From Callorhinchus milii (Eukaryota), in contig NW_024704743.1 of the NCBI RefSeq assembly GCF_018977255.1, positions 30,692,001-30,756,000 of the forward strand: a stretch of DNA of 64,000 nucleotides. Direction: 5' to 3'. The notes beneath the pieces were generated by a model. That model saw nothing but the letters and a program-made list of their open reading frames with translations. It was not told where the DNA came from and searched no databases. Each line of letters opens with the position of its first letter. Position 1 is the stretch's first letter. Position numbers and translations under genes: made by a program. Positions 1 to 12,119 of the stretch are shown here, piece after piece.

Positions 1-1264
1 AAATGAAATGCCTAAGTTCGAGATGGTTTGTACAATGAGCGCCACTGTATTGCTGTTTGGTGACCTTGGATTAATACAGTTGTATTGTGCCCTTGGCATC
101 ATGTGCCGGATACAGTGTTAGTTTCAGCAGAAAACAGCCTTGATCCACTGAAGTGAAGATGGGAACTGGCTGCAGAACCCCTTCTCTTTGCCCTCTTTCC
201 TCAATTACATGCTGACCCCTCTTTCTATGTCCGCTTTAGCCCTTCCTCACCCCCCCACCCCCCCTCCCACATCACACACACATTCCACACACCCATCATT
301 ATCTCTGTCCACTCTCAGCTTGCCTTCACTCACATTTTCTCTATCCCTCCCTCATGCCCACTCTTCACCAGACTTCTCAGGCTCCCTTATTCCCTATTTT
401 CTCTCTCGCTGAGGTTGCGACTCTCTCTCCAAGCTCATTGCTAATCTCCGTCACCAGAGGAAGAAATGTAGGGGGGAAAATTGCAGCACTTGATGTGATA
501 ATTATCATCATCATTACCACCACCAGTGAAAATTAGCACATAATGGAGATTTCCACTCATCAATGTGGGGGGGGGGGGGGAATTGACGGATAGGGAGCAA
601 TGAGTTCACAACACTCATGACTATAGTTGATGCCAAAGGCCCATGCGGTGCACCGCCTTTCAGTGCCACTTTCCGGGATGGCCAACTTAACTCAAGTTTC
701 AAGTGTATGATGTATTTTTGATTCCTATATTTTCTTAGTAATATGCTCCACCCACCCCCCAAAAAAATAAAAACAAAACCCAGAAACCTCACAAGGAAAG
801 GACGTATCCAGAGAGAGAAGTAGCCATTTCCCATTTAACCAGAAGACACAGTGGAGTCCCACAGTCTGTAACAAAGCTCTAAGAAAATGAACGGACAAAA
901 TCGGCGCTGCTAAGCCAAGTGTTAATAGCAGTAGGTATATACACTTCAAGAGACACATGACAGCAAATTCCCTTCTATTGGAGTTGAGGAATGAGTTTGA
1001 CTATGTTGTACGCAAATTTAGTTGCTGCTACATGTATGTTGGTGAAAGGCTCACAATGAGTTTTGGGGTCAGCCTGGCGCTGGAGAGTGGTCCTCCCAAC
1101 GTCAAGCTGTCATGCTGGCCTTGATAGAAGTTAGTGTGGGCACCATTTTTCCACCTCTCTAGCTTTTACAATCATGCATTGAGCAGGTTTGATGTCAGTG
1201 TATTGTTTGGTGTAAATGGTTGAAATATACAGAGTTTGTAACCATACTAATTTAGAATACGATA

Positions 1265-1570
1265 CAACCTTAGATTTATATAGTGCCTTTAACATAGGGA
1301 GGATGTCCAAAGGTGTTTAACAAATACTGATTTGGCGCCCAAGCTGGGTTTGAGTTCAAGGGGGGGTTGGGTTTGAAGGGGTAGGGAGGGGAAAGATAGG
1401 GACTGAAAATGCAGTCAAAGACGTACATCTCGAGACTGTACCTTGAATGGAGGTGAGGGAAGGAGTGAAACGGAGGGAGTTCCAGAGAGCAGGGGCAGAA
1501 AGGTTGAAGGCTCATCCATCGATTGTAGGGTAGATTGGGCGTAGGACGCGAAGCAGGCTGGTGTGTGCTG
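1265..1570 (-). mobile_element. L2-clade LINE 3' fragment (family A, diverged)
   Basis: Tail motif TTTAACATAGGGAGGATGTCCAAAG matches family A tail; purine-rich body like 51101-51940. Confidence 0.75.
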
Positions 1571-2309
1571 AATCAATGGTGCAGCCGAGTATCTTTCAAT
1601 GCCAGACATATTAACCCAGTATGTCAAACTGGTTATTTAACACTGGACATTTCACTTCAATGCATCCAAAAAAAAACTTTTCAAAATTATAAATTTATAT
1701 TGGCGGACATTAACAGCAGTGCAACAGTATCTATCTGTGGTTATCTATCCCTGTAAGCAGACAGATCAAGTGTCTTGTGAGACTTCAGAGAGCTGGGACT
1801 CAACATTCTCATTTATCAACAGCAAAGACTGGCAACAGGCACTGTAAGATTAAAAGTCATCACATCAAACTTCAGTTTGTTTGCTTCAACATCGCTGCTG
1901 GCACCAGATCCCGCTGCCTGGAACCCCCAGACTGTTGCTTTGGTGTGCTGCTAGCAAACCCTTGCCAAAATACACAGCAATTTACAAGACTATTTCCCAT
2001 TTATTTCAAGAGGATGCAGATTAAATTCATTTTAAATGCAGCCATTGCAAGCTGCCTGTGGATTTTTCAGTGTATGGGCTGTAGGTTCTTGTACTGTATA
2101 CAGCAAAGAGCAGCTGCTGGAAACATGTGGCACTGAGATTAAGGCAGGACTAGACTCCACTTCCCATTCAGAGGAACAGGAAGCTGTCCTGTCAGACCTA
2201 TGAATGATGTAAAGAAACAAGTCCCGAAAATAACTTGAAAAGATTATACTGTATTGAGTACTTTATACATGGAGTTAGAAAGAAAGCCTTCGTCTGAGAT
2301 CTCCCAAAT

Positions 2310-2430
2310 CTATAATAATAATCCTTTAATTTGATGTAGGGCATTATCACATCATTGGGATGTCTCAAAGTGCTTCACAGAATAAATTGTAAAGTGAATT
2401 GACTGTGTATTTTGTGGGTGAAACAGTAAT
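2310..2430 (-). mobile_element. DeuSINE 3' tail
   Basis: AATAATAATCC...CATTATCACATC...GATGTCTCAAAGTGCTTCACAGAA, reverse of the SINE tail found throughout the window. Confidence 0.75.
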
Positions 2431-2679
2431 ATAGTATAATATAGTAAGGATGAGATGATCTGGACACCCAAACAGCTTCATCAAAACAGTAAGCATGAAT
2501 ACAATTAAGGTACAGAGAATCAGGTGGGTTCTGCTCAAAGAAAATAATATAAAACATCCTGCACCTTTGTGCCTACAGTTATTTGATCAGATAATGGTAA
2601 AACCAAAGCTTATGCTGCACAGTCATTTATCAAAAGAAAAATGTAATGGGAATTGTAATATGGCCAAGTGCATCAGTCC

Positions 2680-3740
2680 AGAATGAGTCAACCAGATTTA
2701 GTTTGGCTTTGCTCAACACAATTTATTGGTGTGAAAAGGTGGCGAAAGTCTCCAAGTTTGCAACAGCAACAATAATTTGCGCTTGTATAACAACTTTCAC
2801 ACAGGATAAAGGGGGTCTAAATTGTGAGATTTGTGAAATGATCTGTAAACAATGAATGTGAAATGGCAATCTCTGGCCAGGCTCAATGTAATCTAAAAGC
2901 CTAAATGGAGATTGATATCCAAGTAGAGTTTGAGAATGAAACATTTGGGTGTGAGCAGTATGTACTATTTACTAATTAATCCTTTTAGGTATCTCACAAT
3001 TTGGACAACTGACACAGAAGTAAAGGCAACTAAATGGCTCAATCAATTGTCAAGTCTGATGTAAATAAAACTTTTTTTTGGGGCAAGTTTTCTGCCAGGA
3101 TTTTTTTTTTTTAAATTGCTTTCCCTTCCAACCCAAGCTTGACGGCAGAGATCCGGAGTTACATGAAAGTCAGTCAGCCACTGGTACCTCAACCAAATAA
3201 TCATTTCTATGGTTTTACCCTTCGTGGACCAGGTCAAGCTGATTCAACCTCTGTGCATAAAAAACAGTTGCAAATGTTAAATCCAACTTGTTTCACCTCA
3301 ATTGTACTGAGATGTATTTTCTGACAAAGTCACACACTTGCAACTTGGATGAACATAAATGAACAAAGTCATTGTCATGCCATCTGGTGAACAAGGCAAC
3401 AATTTGCCCTACTGAAGAGACAAATTCCAATTATTGGGTTAACCAGAAAGTTTTCATAAAGAGTTTTATGAAAGTTTTCATAAAGAAAACTTATTTTTTA
3501 AATAATCACAAGAGTGAAAGGGAAGCTTGGTAGAATTTTTTCACAGAGTTATTGGGATGTGCAATGCCCTGCGAAGGAAGGTAGCAGTCATATACATTGT
3601 AGGTTTCAAGAGGGAAGTACACAGGTATACGAAAGATCGAGGTTAGGAAGAGTACGGGGATAAGGAAGGACAGTAGAATTGAATGAACAGATTGTTCTGA
3701 ACGCAATTGCAGACTCAAAGAGCTGAATTGCAATCGTTCC
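2680..3740 (+). mobile_element. Heavily decayed CR1 LINE ORF2 3' region
   Basis: GTCTCCAAGTTTGCA (SKFA of the RT SKFADD motif) near 2748; AGAATTTTTTCACAGAGTTATTGGGATGTG...TTTCAAGAGGGAA (RNFFTQRVV-like end) at 3530-3620. Confidence 0.6.
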
Positions 3741-4264
3741 GCACAGAATTCCTTCTGTGGTATAAATTCGCATGATTCTAAGAATGTAAGTAATAGAAGT
3801 CAGAATAGTTCCTGGATTAGGATTACTCTGCTCTTTATTAAACAATACAGTTTTTGGAGCACATTGGAAAACCAGTATACTCCCTAGGCATCTAAAAACA
3901 TCCAATGTGGGTGCACCCACTTGTGGTCGTGTACATCTATTGTACTGAAGTTGTTATCTTTAATTTCACAAATACTGGTGCAGGACTTTTGTACCATGTT
4001 AAACACTTTTTAAACTTACTCAGTGATTGACAGAGTTGAGGGGGAGAAAAATCACACTAATCAGCTCATTATGAGCTGGTCTTTTCACACTTGCTTACTT
4101 AAATTACATCCTTAGATTTCAGAAATGGAGCTGGTTGGTATATACATTCATATTAGCATTGAATATTCCCGAATTACCCCTCCCTTTCTTTTACAAATCC
4201 ATAAATACGAAACACATGCTATTTCCTGTAACTATTTTCATCCCCTACCCCATTTTCTGGATGT

Positions 4265-4287
4265 GCACACACACACACACACACACA
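4265..4287. repeat. (CA)n microsatellite
   Basis: Read directly. Confidence 0.95.
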
Positions 4288-4491
4288 AACACCAACATTC
4301 ACATACAAACATTCAAAAAAAATTCACACAGAACTCAAAAACACACACAAATAAACACATATAGAAAAATACACAGTTCATGAGACAAATGCCTGTTATT
4401 ATTTTAAATTTTAATATAAAATGCCTTTCCTCATGGTTTTCAACCTATTTTTGATTTCAGAGTTACAGTGTCAGGTGGAGAAATGTGGTAC

Positions 4492-4637
4492 AAAAGAGAA
4501 AATGCTGGAAATGTATAGCAGAACAGTCGGTAGATGAAAGAGAAAGTCAGACTTGAAATGCTGAGCCTCCGTCTCTCTCTTGCTCCCTCTCCCAGATGCT
4601 CATCCACCTGCTACGCATTTCAAGCATTTTCTGGTTT
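4492..4637. mobile_element. Palindromic non-autonomous element (resembles shark Penelope-associated hairpin repeat)
   Basis: AGAAAATGCTGGAAATG (4497-4513) pairs with CATTTCAAGCATTTTCT (4616-4632); inner TAGCAG/CTGCTA. Confidence 0.65.
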
Positions 4638-5029
4638 GCATTCCATAGATCCAGAAGTTTTTAACCTGCACATAATGAGAATTTGGATTGCAGTCAAGGG
4701 AATCAACAACAACAACTTGCATTTATATAGCACCCCTCACCCTAAAATGGCAGCCAGGTTTTGATACACATACACAGTCACTCCACACAACAATAATTAT
4801 TGTAAACTATTTTGACACATTCAACTCATCAATGGAAGAAGGCAGAAAAAAATCCTGCTAAATCATGCATAACCAGCAGAGATCACTGATCAGATACACT
4901 TATGCAAAATATATCGCACTTAAATGTCAAACTCAAGAAGTGGAATAAGAAAAAGTTACTTGTTATATCTGGCAAAAATCCAATAAATCACGTCAGAATT
5001 AGAGGTGGAAAGTTTGTGCTGAAGTGTAA

Positions 5030-5335
5030 GCCATGTGTAGATAAGCAACACTTTCAGAAAAGGGCAGATGAGGTAGGTTGAAGCGACTGAAGGTTATGGG
5101 GACAAGTGTATACAGGAGATGATCAAATACTCCCTGCAACGGGATGGCTTCTATGCCTCAGTGACCGGGGAAATGTTGTGTGGAAAGCAAGCAGCCAGGG
5201 TTGAATACTGGATCTGTAAGTGTATTTGTGGAGCTTGCTTGACTACCTTTGGAGACCAGGGAAATGTTTTGATTACTGGACAGATTTGGAATTCATATTA
5301 GACTAAATTGTACATGGCCTGCAGAAGAAAAGGGC
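5030..5335 (+). mobile_element. Decayed CR1 3' end
   Basis: CGACTGAAGGTTATGGGG (RLKVMG, like HRLKVIG) followed by weak FFTQRVV-like region. Confidence 0.45.
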
Positions 5336-5340
5336 TTGAT

Positions 5341-5615
5341 AACAACAACAACAAGATTTAATCTATAGCGCGCCTTTCACGTCGGGAGGACATCCCAAGG
5401 CACTGGACAGTTGGGTCAGGACCCGAGCAGGGGGAAATGGTCAGGGTGAGGGGAGGGAAGGGAGGGAGTGAGGAGGGGGTAGAGAGTTGAGAGGGGAGCT
5501 GAAGGCACGGTCAAAGAGAAAGGTCTTGAGACCGGCCCTGAAGGAGGAAAGGGAGGAAGCAAGGCGAAGGCACTGGGGGATGGCGTTCCAGAGCCTAGGG
5601 GCTGAGAGGCCGAAA
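5341..5615 (-). mobile_element. L2 LINE 3' fragment (young family A)
   Basis: (CAA)n tail, GCGCCTTTCACGTCGGGAGGACATCCCAAGG; nearly identical to 17110-17362, 28702-28970 and 51101-51390. Confidence 0.9.
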
Positions 5616-6245
5616 ATGCCCTTTCCTGCTTCAACACCATTCGATTACCTACAAATACACAGTCACTACACTTTGAGGTGTTTCAACAACATAAACAGGC
5701 ACAATATCAAATGCAAGGATTATTATTTAGTTTTGTATTGTGATTCACTGATGCCTCTTCATTTGCCAGCCTTCAAATTGAACTCAGAAGAATGCAGCAT
5801 TCCTTGTCAAGTTAAACCAACACGCAAAATTTATGTTTTTAAAGTTATCAAAGGAACGCAATGATAAAAGGCACAAATTGTGATAAGAGGGGATCCTTTG
5901 CCTGCCTACTTTTACCAAGAACCTGCAGCCATTTTTCCCTCCAATGCAGTAGTAAGAGGAAAACTGCGTGCCAGCTGTCAAAGTAGGACAGACACTTCCG
6001 TAGCTGGGTTCAAATCCAGTGAAGTAATTTTAAATGAGAGGTGATGGGCTAGTAGTCACTGACAGGCAAGCAGAGTGAGGAACAGCTGAATTATTTAAAA
6101 AAAAGATGAAGACTAAACCAGGAACAAAAGACAAAGAAACAGAACATGAAGGAGGAAACCTACAGATGGGAACTAATAAAGAATAAAGGAAGGAAAGAAA
6201 TAATTAATTTACCAAAAACTTCACATAATGAATAGAATACACATC

Positions 6246-6310
6246 AGCAACAACAACAACAAAATTACATTTATAGAGTGCCTTTCACGTCGGGAGGACG
6301 TCCCAAGACA
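6246..6310 (-). mobile_element. L2 family A tail only
   Basis: (CAA)n + TTTCACGTCGGGAGGACGTCCCAAG. Confidence 0.85.
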
Positions 6311-6629
6311 TGTAGGTATATTTTTATGGTTTGCATCAAAATCAACGGCTCTATTTTGACATAGTTTGGTACAAATCCATTCCTGCTTCCCACTCATGAG
6401 CACAAAGCAAGACAGTAACACTGTAATTAGACCCAGAGGGAAGGCATCCTGATGTTTTAAGGAAAGCAAATTTATCATAGGGCAAATTAGACACAAGGGA
6501 GAAGGGAACATATTGCTTTATCAAACAGTTTTAACAGTTTTAAAAACCATCTTTTAAAAAATCTTTCTCTGATTTAATTTTTGATTACTTTTGCCTGATT
6601 TTTCATTCTTAACAAGTAGGAGCAAACCA

Positions 6630-6810
6630 TATTGTACATTGCCTTCAGTGCTTGTTGATCAGGTTCTCCCACAAAGTGGGACCTCCCAAAGGACAGGTCG
6701 GTGGAATGGTAGATGCGTGCGAGATGGTGATCTCTATCTGGTCTCCCTCTTGGGAATGTTAACAGTTGGAACTGATCATTCTTCCCAAACCCATTCAACA
6801 TCACTAGCTG
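6630..6810 (-). mobile_element. Decayed CR1 ORF2 C-terminal fragment
   Basis: MLNGFGKND..LLTF.RGRPDRDH..RSHF resembles CR1 ILKGFDKVD..LF..RTRGH..RKHFF. Confidence 0.5.
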
Positions 6811-7214
6811 TGATCAAGAGATAGATGTTGAGAGGGGACAAATGCATAAAAATGAAAGAACTAAGAGCCAGGCATTTAGCCGTCATGGATATTATATTCA
6901 ATTCTCTTAAGACGTGTTATTCAGAAATATCAAGAAAAAGAGAGAAAGGAAAAGAGAAAGCATGAGAGAGAATATAATCTTGGACTTTTGCCACTCTGCA
7001 CAATGCAAACAATAACAAATTGCATTTATATAGCACCTTTCATGTCAGGAGGAAGTCCCAAGGCAAATGGATGGTGACAGGAGAAGGTTGGCTGTGTCCT
7101 CAATTACATGAGAGTGAAGAGCATTAGTCAAAGCATAGTACTGGTGTGTGGCTGGCTGGATGATCCAGACAGTTGCTGTTTGACAATTGAAAGATTTATG
7201 ATGAACCTTTTATA

Positions 7215-7560
7215 ATATAATAATCCTTATATCTGATACAGCACCTTATCACATCTCAAAGTGCTTCACAGAGTTTTCCTGTAAAGTTGGCAAATACAGC
7301 AATGTATTTATACACAAATGTGACAGCCAATTTGTGGACAACCGCAGTAGCCAATTTGCACACAGCAATGCCCCACAACAGCCATGAAGTGAATGACCAA
7401 TTTTTATATGGAGGATTGTAGGCCAGGACACTGGGAGAAACTCCCTTTTCTTTTCAAATTATGCCATGATATCTTGAACATTCAAGCTTAATGTCACATC
7501 TGAAGGACATCACCTGGCATTGTAGAGCTCCCCTTGTCTACTGAAGTATTAGCCTACAAC
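7215..7560 (-). mobile_element. DeuSINE
   Basis: Tail plus CAGCCAATTTG..CACAGCAATGCCCCACAACAGCCATGAAGTGAATGACC and GGCCAGGACACTGGGAGAAACTCCC. Confidence 0.85.
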
Positions 7561-7619
7561 AGCAAGGAACCAGCATAGTGCCCTTCATGGAGGATGGCAT
7601 CTGAGCGCTTCACAGTGTC

Positions 7620-7800
7620 AGGATTACTCCTATACAGAGTAACAGGAGGATAAGATGGAGGTGACCATAGGCAAAGTCAAAGAATGCTTTATTGCACATG
7701 GAGTCATCAAGCGTGAGAGATTTTCCAAGTTGGGGACAACAATATTTTCAAGGTTGTCGGCTTCAAATAAGAAACGAGCAGACTTTTGCCAAGGTGAACC
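7620..7800 (+). mobile_element. Decayed CR1 3' end
   Basis: KECFIAHGVIK...LSASNKKRADF resembles KHFFTQRVIN...LSAFKKRLDKF. Confidence 0.45.
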
Positions 7801-8329
7801 AACATGGGTCACAGTCAACACTGGCAGCCCAGGCCAGGACACAATAAAACAGCAAGGAGTGTGTGAAATGCTGAGCCTGAACAGTATAAGGCAGCAGTAC
7901 TAGTTGAAAGCAGGAGAGGGTGTGCGTGTGTGTGAATGGGGAGATAGGATTCTACTGGAAAATTAATGAACACATACAGCCAGAATAGTTTTGTTGAGAC
8001 GAGAAAATATTTTCGTTCAGAATGCAAATGGCCTTATTTTGCCAATTCCCTTCAGTGAGAGAGCAAAGCAGTGTTAACTTCTGAATAGAGTACGACAAAT
8101 CTGAAAATTTGTATTGAGAAATTGATGATGATAATAATGCTTAGATTTGAAACGCAAACTTGCACTCCCCAGCTTGGGTCAAGAAGTTTTATTATGAACC
8201 ACTCTGAGATACTACCCATGAGAAGGGAGCTGTATGAATTCAAGTTGTTGTTGTCTTTATAGCGCCTTATCGTGTTGTCGAAATTTCTCAACACTGGTTT
8301 TGATCGCTTACAAAAGTACACTTTTTTTT

Positions 8330-8852
8330 GCCCAGTTCTTTCGCTGGCATGCGAAAACCCATCACCATGCTTGTGAGTATCCAAACCAAGCTGACATTTC
8401 CATTCGTCCTACCTACATATGGAAATTCCAGAGATAAATTGTTGGAAGGGAATGCAAACTCTCTTCCTGAATGGACGCATCCTGCTTATCTAATTCCAGA
8501 AATTATTAGGCACAGATTGGCAAGAGCCAAGACTTTGGAACCCCAGAGGGTATGTTGGGGTACTACTGGAGTCTAGCTTTCCTGTCCATTGTCCAGCTAG
8601 GACCACCCTACCCATAAAGAGCTTTTGCTTGCAGGGTTAACAGGAGTTGAGTGGGGCAATTCCCTGCTCCCAGTCTGCTCATCGAAGTCTGGCCTATGAG
8701 CCAGGCTGGCTGTGGTGTCATCAGCAGTGCCCTGGAGTACTGAGGAGCCACCCGACTGGCTCCATTCCAACATTCTATTGCCAAACATATCACCGTGGAG
8801 CCAGTTCAGCTCCAAAGAGACCCCGCTTACCTACCTCCCAAGGAAGATAGTC
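8330..8852. repeat. Unclassified ~550-bp interspersed repeat, copy 1
   Basis: Collinear with 25338-25927 (GAGTATCCAA, ATGGAAATTCCAGAGA, TTGGCAAGAGCCAAG, GAGCCAGGCTGGCTGTG, CTTACCTACC). Confidence 0.85.
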
Positions 8853-9227
8853 ACTAGTTGATCATTTGACCCCTGACAATTGCAGGTTTGAGCCCTCAAC
8901 ATGTGAACTGGAGGTACCAGGAACTCGCTGTGAGTTTCCCGGTGGAGAACACAGCTCATTATAAATCAATGTACACTATTATAACATATCTTATGAACCA
9001 CTTTGAGTTATTCTTCCAGAGCTGAAAGATGCTACATGAAATGCAAGCATTATTATTTCAATCGACTTTATATACCATAAAGTGTATATTTTGTTGGCAA
9101 AATGTTCCAGAATAATATGGCCACTAGTATTCACAAGAACGGGGCTTCAGCACACCAGTGATTCCTTGCAAGATTTAGTCGCTATGTAGAAGCAATCAAG
9201 TTTTGACAAACTACCACATCTGTTTAA

Positions 9228-9348
9228 ATTCCCTCCCCTTCCTTTCTTGGAGGTGCTGAATGATACTCAGTGCAGGTTTCCACACATGCCAGACACCCTC
9301 CCGTATTTCGCCCAAAGCAGCCATTCTTCATCTGTCAGTCCACACACC
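9228..9348 (-). mobile_element. AmnSINE2/LmeSINE2-like SINE 3' part
   Basis: CCCTCCCCTT..GGAGGTGCTGA...CAGCCATTCTTCA, shared with 29880-30160 and 50240-50372. Confidence 0.6.
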
Positions 9349-9355
9349 AAGGGTT

Positions 9356-9550
9356 AGAAATTACACCTGGGACTAGATTTTTCTGTTTCTTAGTATTTCA
9401 GAGCATCCAAAATTGACAAATTCTTAATTACAGTCTTAATTTTGAAGCCACTTTTCTGTAGTTCAAAATTGAAGTCTAAATTTAACAATTTGCCAAATTC
9501 TGGCCACTCTGAAATGCTAAGAAAATATTATCAATCTAGACAAATTTCTC
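9356..9550. mobile_element. MITE-like palindromic element, copy 1
   Basis: TTCTTAGTATTTCAGAG / CTCTGAAATGCTAAGAA inverted arms; AATTTGCCAAATTCTG shared with the other copies. Confidence 0.75.
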
Positions 9551-9959
9551 TCTCTACGTGATGCCAAGCTCCTCAATCATAGGGTCATCATATATTAGCA
9601 GGATTCAATCACCACCAAACATCATCATATGCAGTTTACAGTGGGCACTTTCAATAGTTATCTTTTCATAGTAAGTTTGGTTTGGTCTCATCAGAGACAC
9701 AGAATGTAGACTGAATTTTACCCTTTTCAACAAGCATGGAGACCAATCGTAGCACCTTTACTGTTGCCCTGCCTAAGATCAGCTCCCGGAGCACAGAACC
9801 TCAGATCAAACTTGGGACATTCTCTGAATCAAGTTTTTTCGACGACAAGTTTGACTACACCATAATCCTACTGAAAGATATCCCAGTGGCTCCCAGATTG
9901 TGTGTATTTATGAAGCATGGGTTCTAACCTGTACTGGGTTACATTTTAACTGTCTGATC

Positions 9960-10450
9960 AGAGACACTTGACATGTATTAAGTTCAGTTTGTTTTCAGAC
10001 CAAAACCGACCATTTTATGTACCAATCGATACAATGAAAAAGGCAACAAAGATTTGGCTATGAGCACTGTGCAAAGTGCTTGAGGGCCTTTCTTCCTGCT
10101 GCCTTTGATAAATCATGACAGGCCAGCTTCGAAGACTGGCTGTAGCCTGTCTGCCCACACTGTGCAGATCATCCCCCATTGCTTAAAACACATAATGAAG
10201 GAAACAATGGAGAATAAAGCTTGAAAGCTTTTCACCGCTGGGACCGCTCAGTCTGTGAAGTTGAATGAGATTGGATCGGGCTCAGAGACAAACAATACAT
10301 CTACCAACAACAGCAATGATAAGTTAATAGGAACTACGGATTTACAAATGCTATAAAGTCTGTTCCACAATACAGTTAAGAAATGGAAGAACCATTTTTA
10401 ATGCGTTGACACTCCACGCAAGGCAAAAAAATAAGCATGTGAGCTTGCCG
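9960..10450. promoter_or_regulatory. Candidate enhancer or conserved non-coding element
   Basis: Repeat-free block; CTTTGAT (TCF), TGATAAAT (PBX-HOX) and TGACAG (MEIS) clustered at 10103-10121. Confidence 0.35.
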
Positions 10451-10474
10451 CTCCAATTCAATACTGGAAAGATT

Positions 10475-10655
10475 TACAAAGAATTTACAACACAAAAATA
10501 GGTCGCTGAACTAGTCTGTGCCAATATTCATCCTCAGCACAAGTCTTCACACATTCCTTACTCCCTACCATACCCTTCTATTCCCATCTCCCTCATGTGA
10601 AGGTCAAGTTCCTCTGCAACTACACTACCTGATTCAACCACTGCTTCGGGCAGCG
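10475..10655 (-). mobile_element. CR1 3' end/UTR
   Basis: Matches 13825-14030 and the reverse of 43665-43875. Confidence 0.65.
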
Positions 10656-10689
10656 AGTGAGTGAAGTAATGGCCCCTCCTAAGGAGCTA

Positions 10690-10830
10690 CTCATTGTTGG
10701 CAGTGCCAGCTGACAGATGAGATGTTAACCCAAAGTCATGTCTGTCTGCTCAGGTGGATGTTAAAGGTCGCATGCCACTATTTGAAAAGAGAAGGAAGTT
10801 TCTCCCAGCGTTCTGGCCAACAATCCCTCT
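10690..10830 (+). mobile_element. DeuSINE central fragment
   Basis: CAGATGAGATGTTAACC...CTCAGGTGGATGTTAAAG...TTCTGGCCAAC. Confidence 0.8.
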
Positions 10831-11444
10831 TTTTACAAGCAATTACATATGAAGCATTTTTGAGAGATTTTGAGATTATAGGTATCAAATATAATATTTG
10901 AGATGCTGGTTCTCTTACAAGGGGCACAGAATGTACGATTTCAGGTAGTTTTGGATGTACTTTCACCCAGACATAAGGCTGTGTTTTGTTTGATCTCAAC
11001 AGCCTCAGTTATAATGCAGTGGTTTCTCCCAGCTGAACAGTGACCACACTCGCAAAACCAAAGATTAAGATTCAAAGACCCGATTGTCTTTTTTGAAGTG
11101 ATCACTGGAGGAATTACAAGAGCAGAATCCAAAACATTTCTGTTCTCCACACAGTAAAAAAAATAGAAGGCTCAAATGATGGTAACACTTCCAAAAAGCC
11201 TTTTGAATCATGAAAGGCATTTAAATCATCCATAACCACACGGTTTCTATTAAATGCCAGTTGCAAATGTGGTCATCTGTCAATTTCTCATGTGAGTATC
11301 ATAAAATATAATTGAGCATGCAGTAAATGTGAAGCTTCCACTCAATAGAAACCTTCGAAAAACATTCACAAATGCCATCTAAACTTGGATATTGTGTTAC
11401 TGTAGTCCAACCATTACTTTGTAACATACTGTACTGTATCATGT

Positions 11445-11860
11445 TTCAGCCTGGTTCAGTTGATAGCACTCTCGTCTTTGAGTCGGAAGGTTGTGCGTTC
11501 AAGGTGCACATCAGGGACCTGGAACTCATGTAGTCTGGAGAGGCAGTGCATTGTTGGAGGTGCCGGCTTCAAATGAGATTTTAAACCGAAGCATCCGTTT
11601 GCTTGTTCAGGTGGGCGCTATTGATTCCATGCATTATCCAAAAAGAGAAGGGAGTTTCTTCCAATGTCTTGGCTAACAATTCCCCAAGTTAAATTAGTCA
11701 TTCACTTCATGGCTGCTTGTGGGATTTCGCTGTGCATTAATTGGCTGCTGTGTTCGTTCACAAAATAAAGACTCACTCCATTTTACAGTATATCCTGCAA
11801 AGTACTTTGAGACATCGTTCCGACATGAAAGGCACAAAAAAAACCAAAGGATTATTTACT
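11445..11860 (+). mobile_element. Near full-length DeuSINE (SacSINE1/AmnSINE1-related)
   Basis: tRNA-like head (GGTTCAGTTGATAGCAC...GTTCAAG), Deu domain (GGAGGTGCC..TTCAAATGAGATTTTAAACCGAAG..CAGGTGG), L2-type tail. Confidence 0.9.
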
Positions 11861-12119
11861 TAGAGGAATCGTTAAGCTCCACCCTTGTTAAACACTCCAA
11901 AACATTATCCCGCGTGAAGGGCGCTATATAAATGCAAGTTGCTGTTGTTGTCCTTCTAAATTCCCCTATGATCTATTTTGGTGCTCTCCTGCTCCGTGCA
12001 GTCTGGCTTCTCATCTACAGATTTGACCCCACATTCCAAAGATCAGGGAACCTTCCCCATATATTTTTAAATGCTTTGGCTAAAATAAACCTCTTTCCAA
12101 TTCCCTTGAGCTGCTTCCT

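Noticed and set aside
1865..1960. Possible terminal exon FASSTPKQQSGG..KQTN*
   Set aside because: No recognised homology; may be an eroded CR1 end
6628..6807. Minus-strand exon-like frame LVMLNGFGK..AMYNM with an acceptor-like site
   Set aside because: Peptide aligns by eye to the CR1 ORF2 C-terminus; weak donor; no host protein recognised
7666..7820. Minus-strand exon-like frame LTVTHVGSPWQK..LPM
   Set aside because: Weak donor; the plus strand resembles a CR1 3' end
10941..11150. Minus-strand ORF with an AG acceptor
   Set aside because: No recognisable domain; weak donor; faint CR1 resemblance
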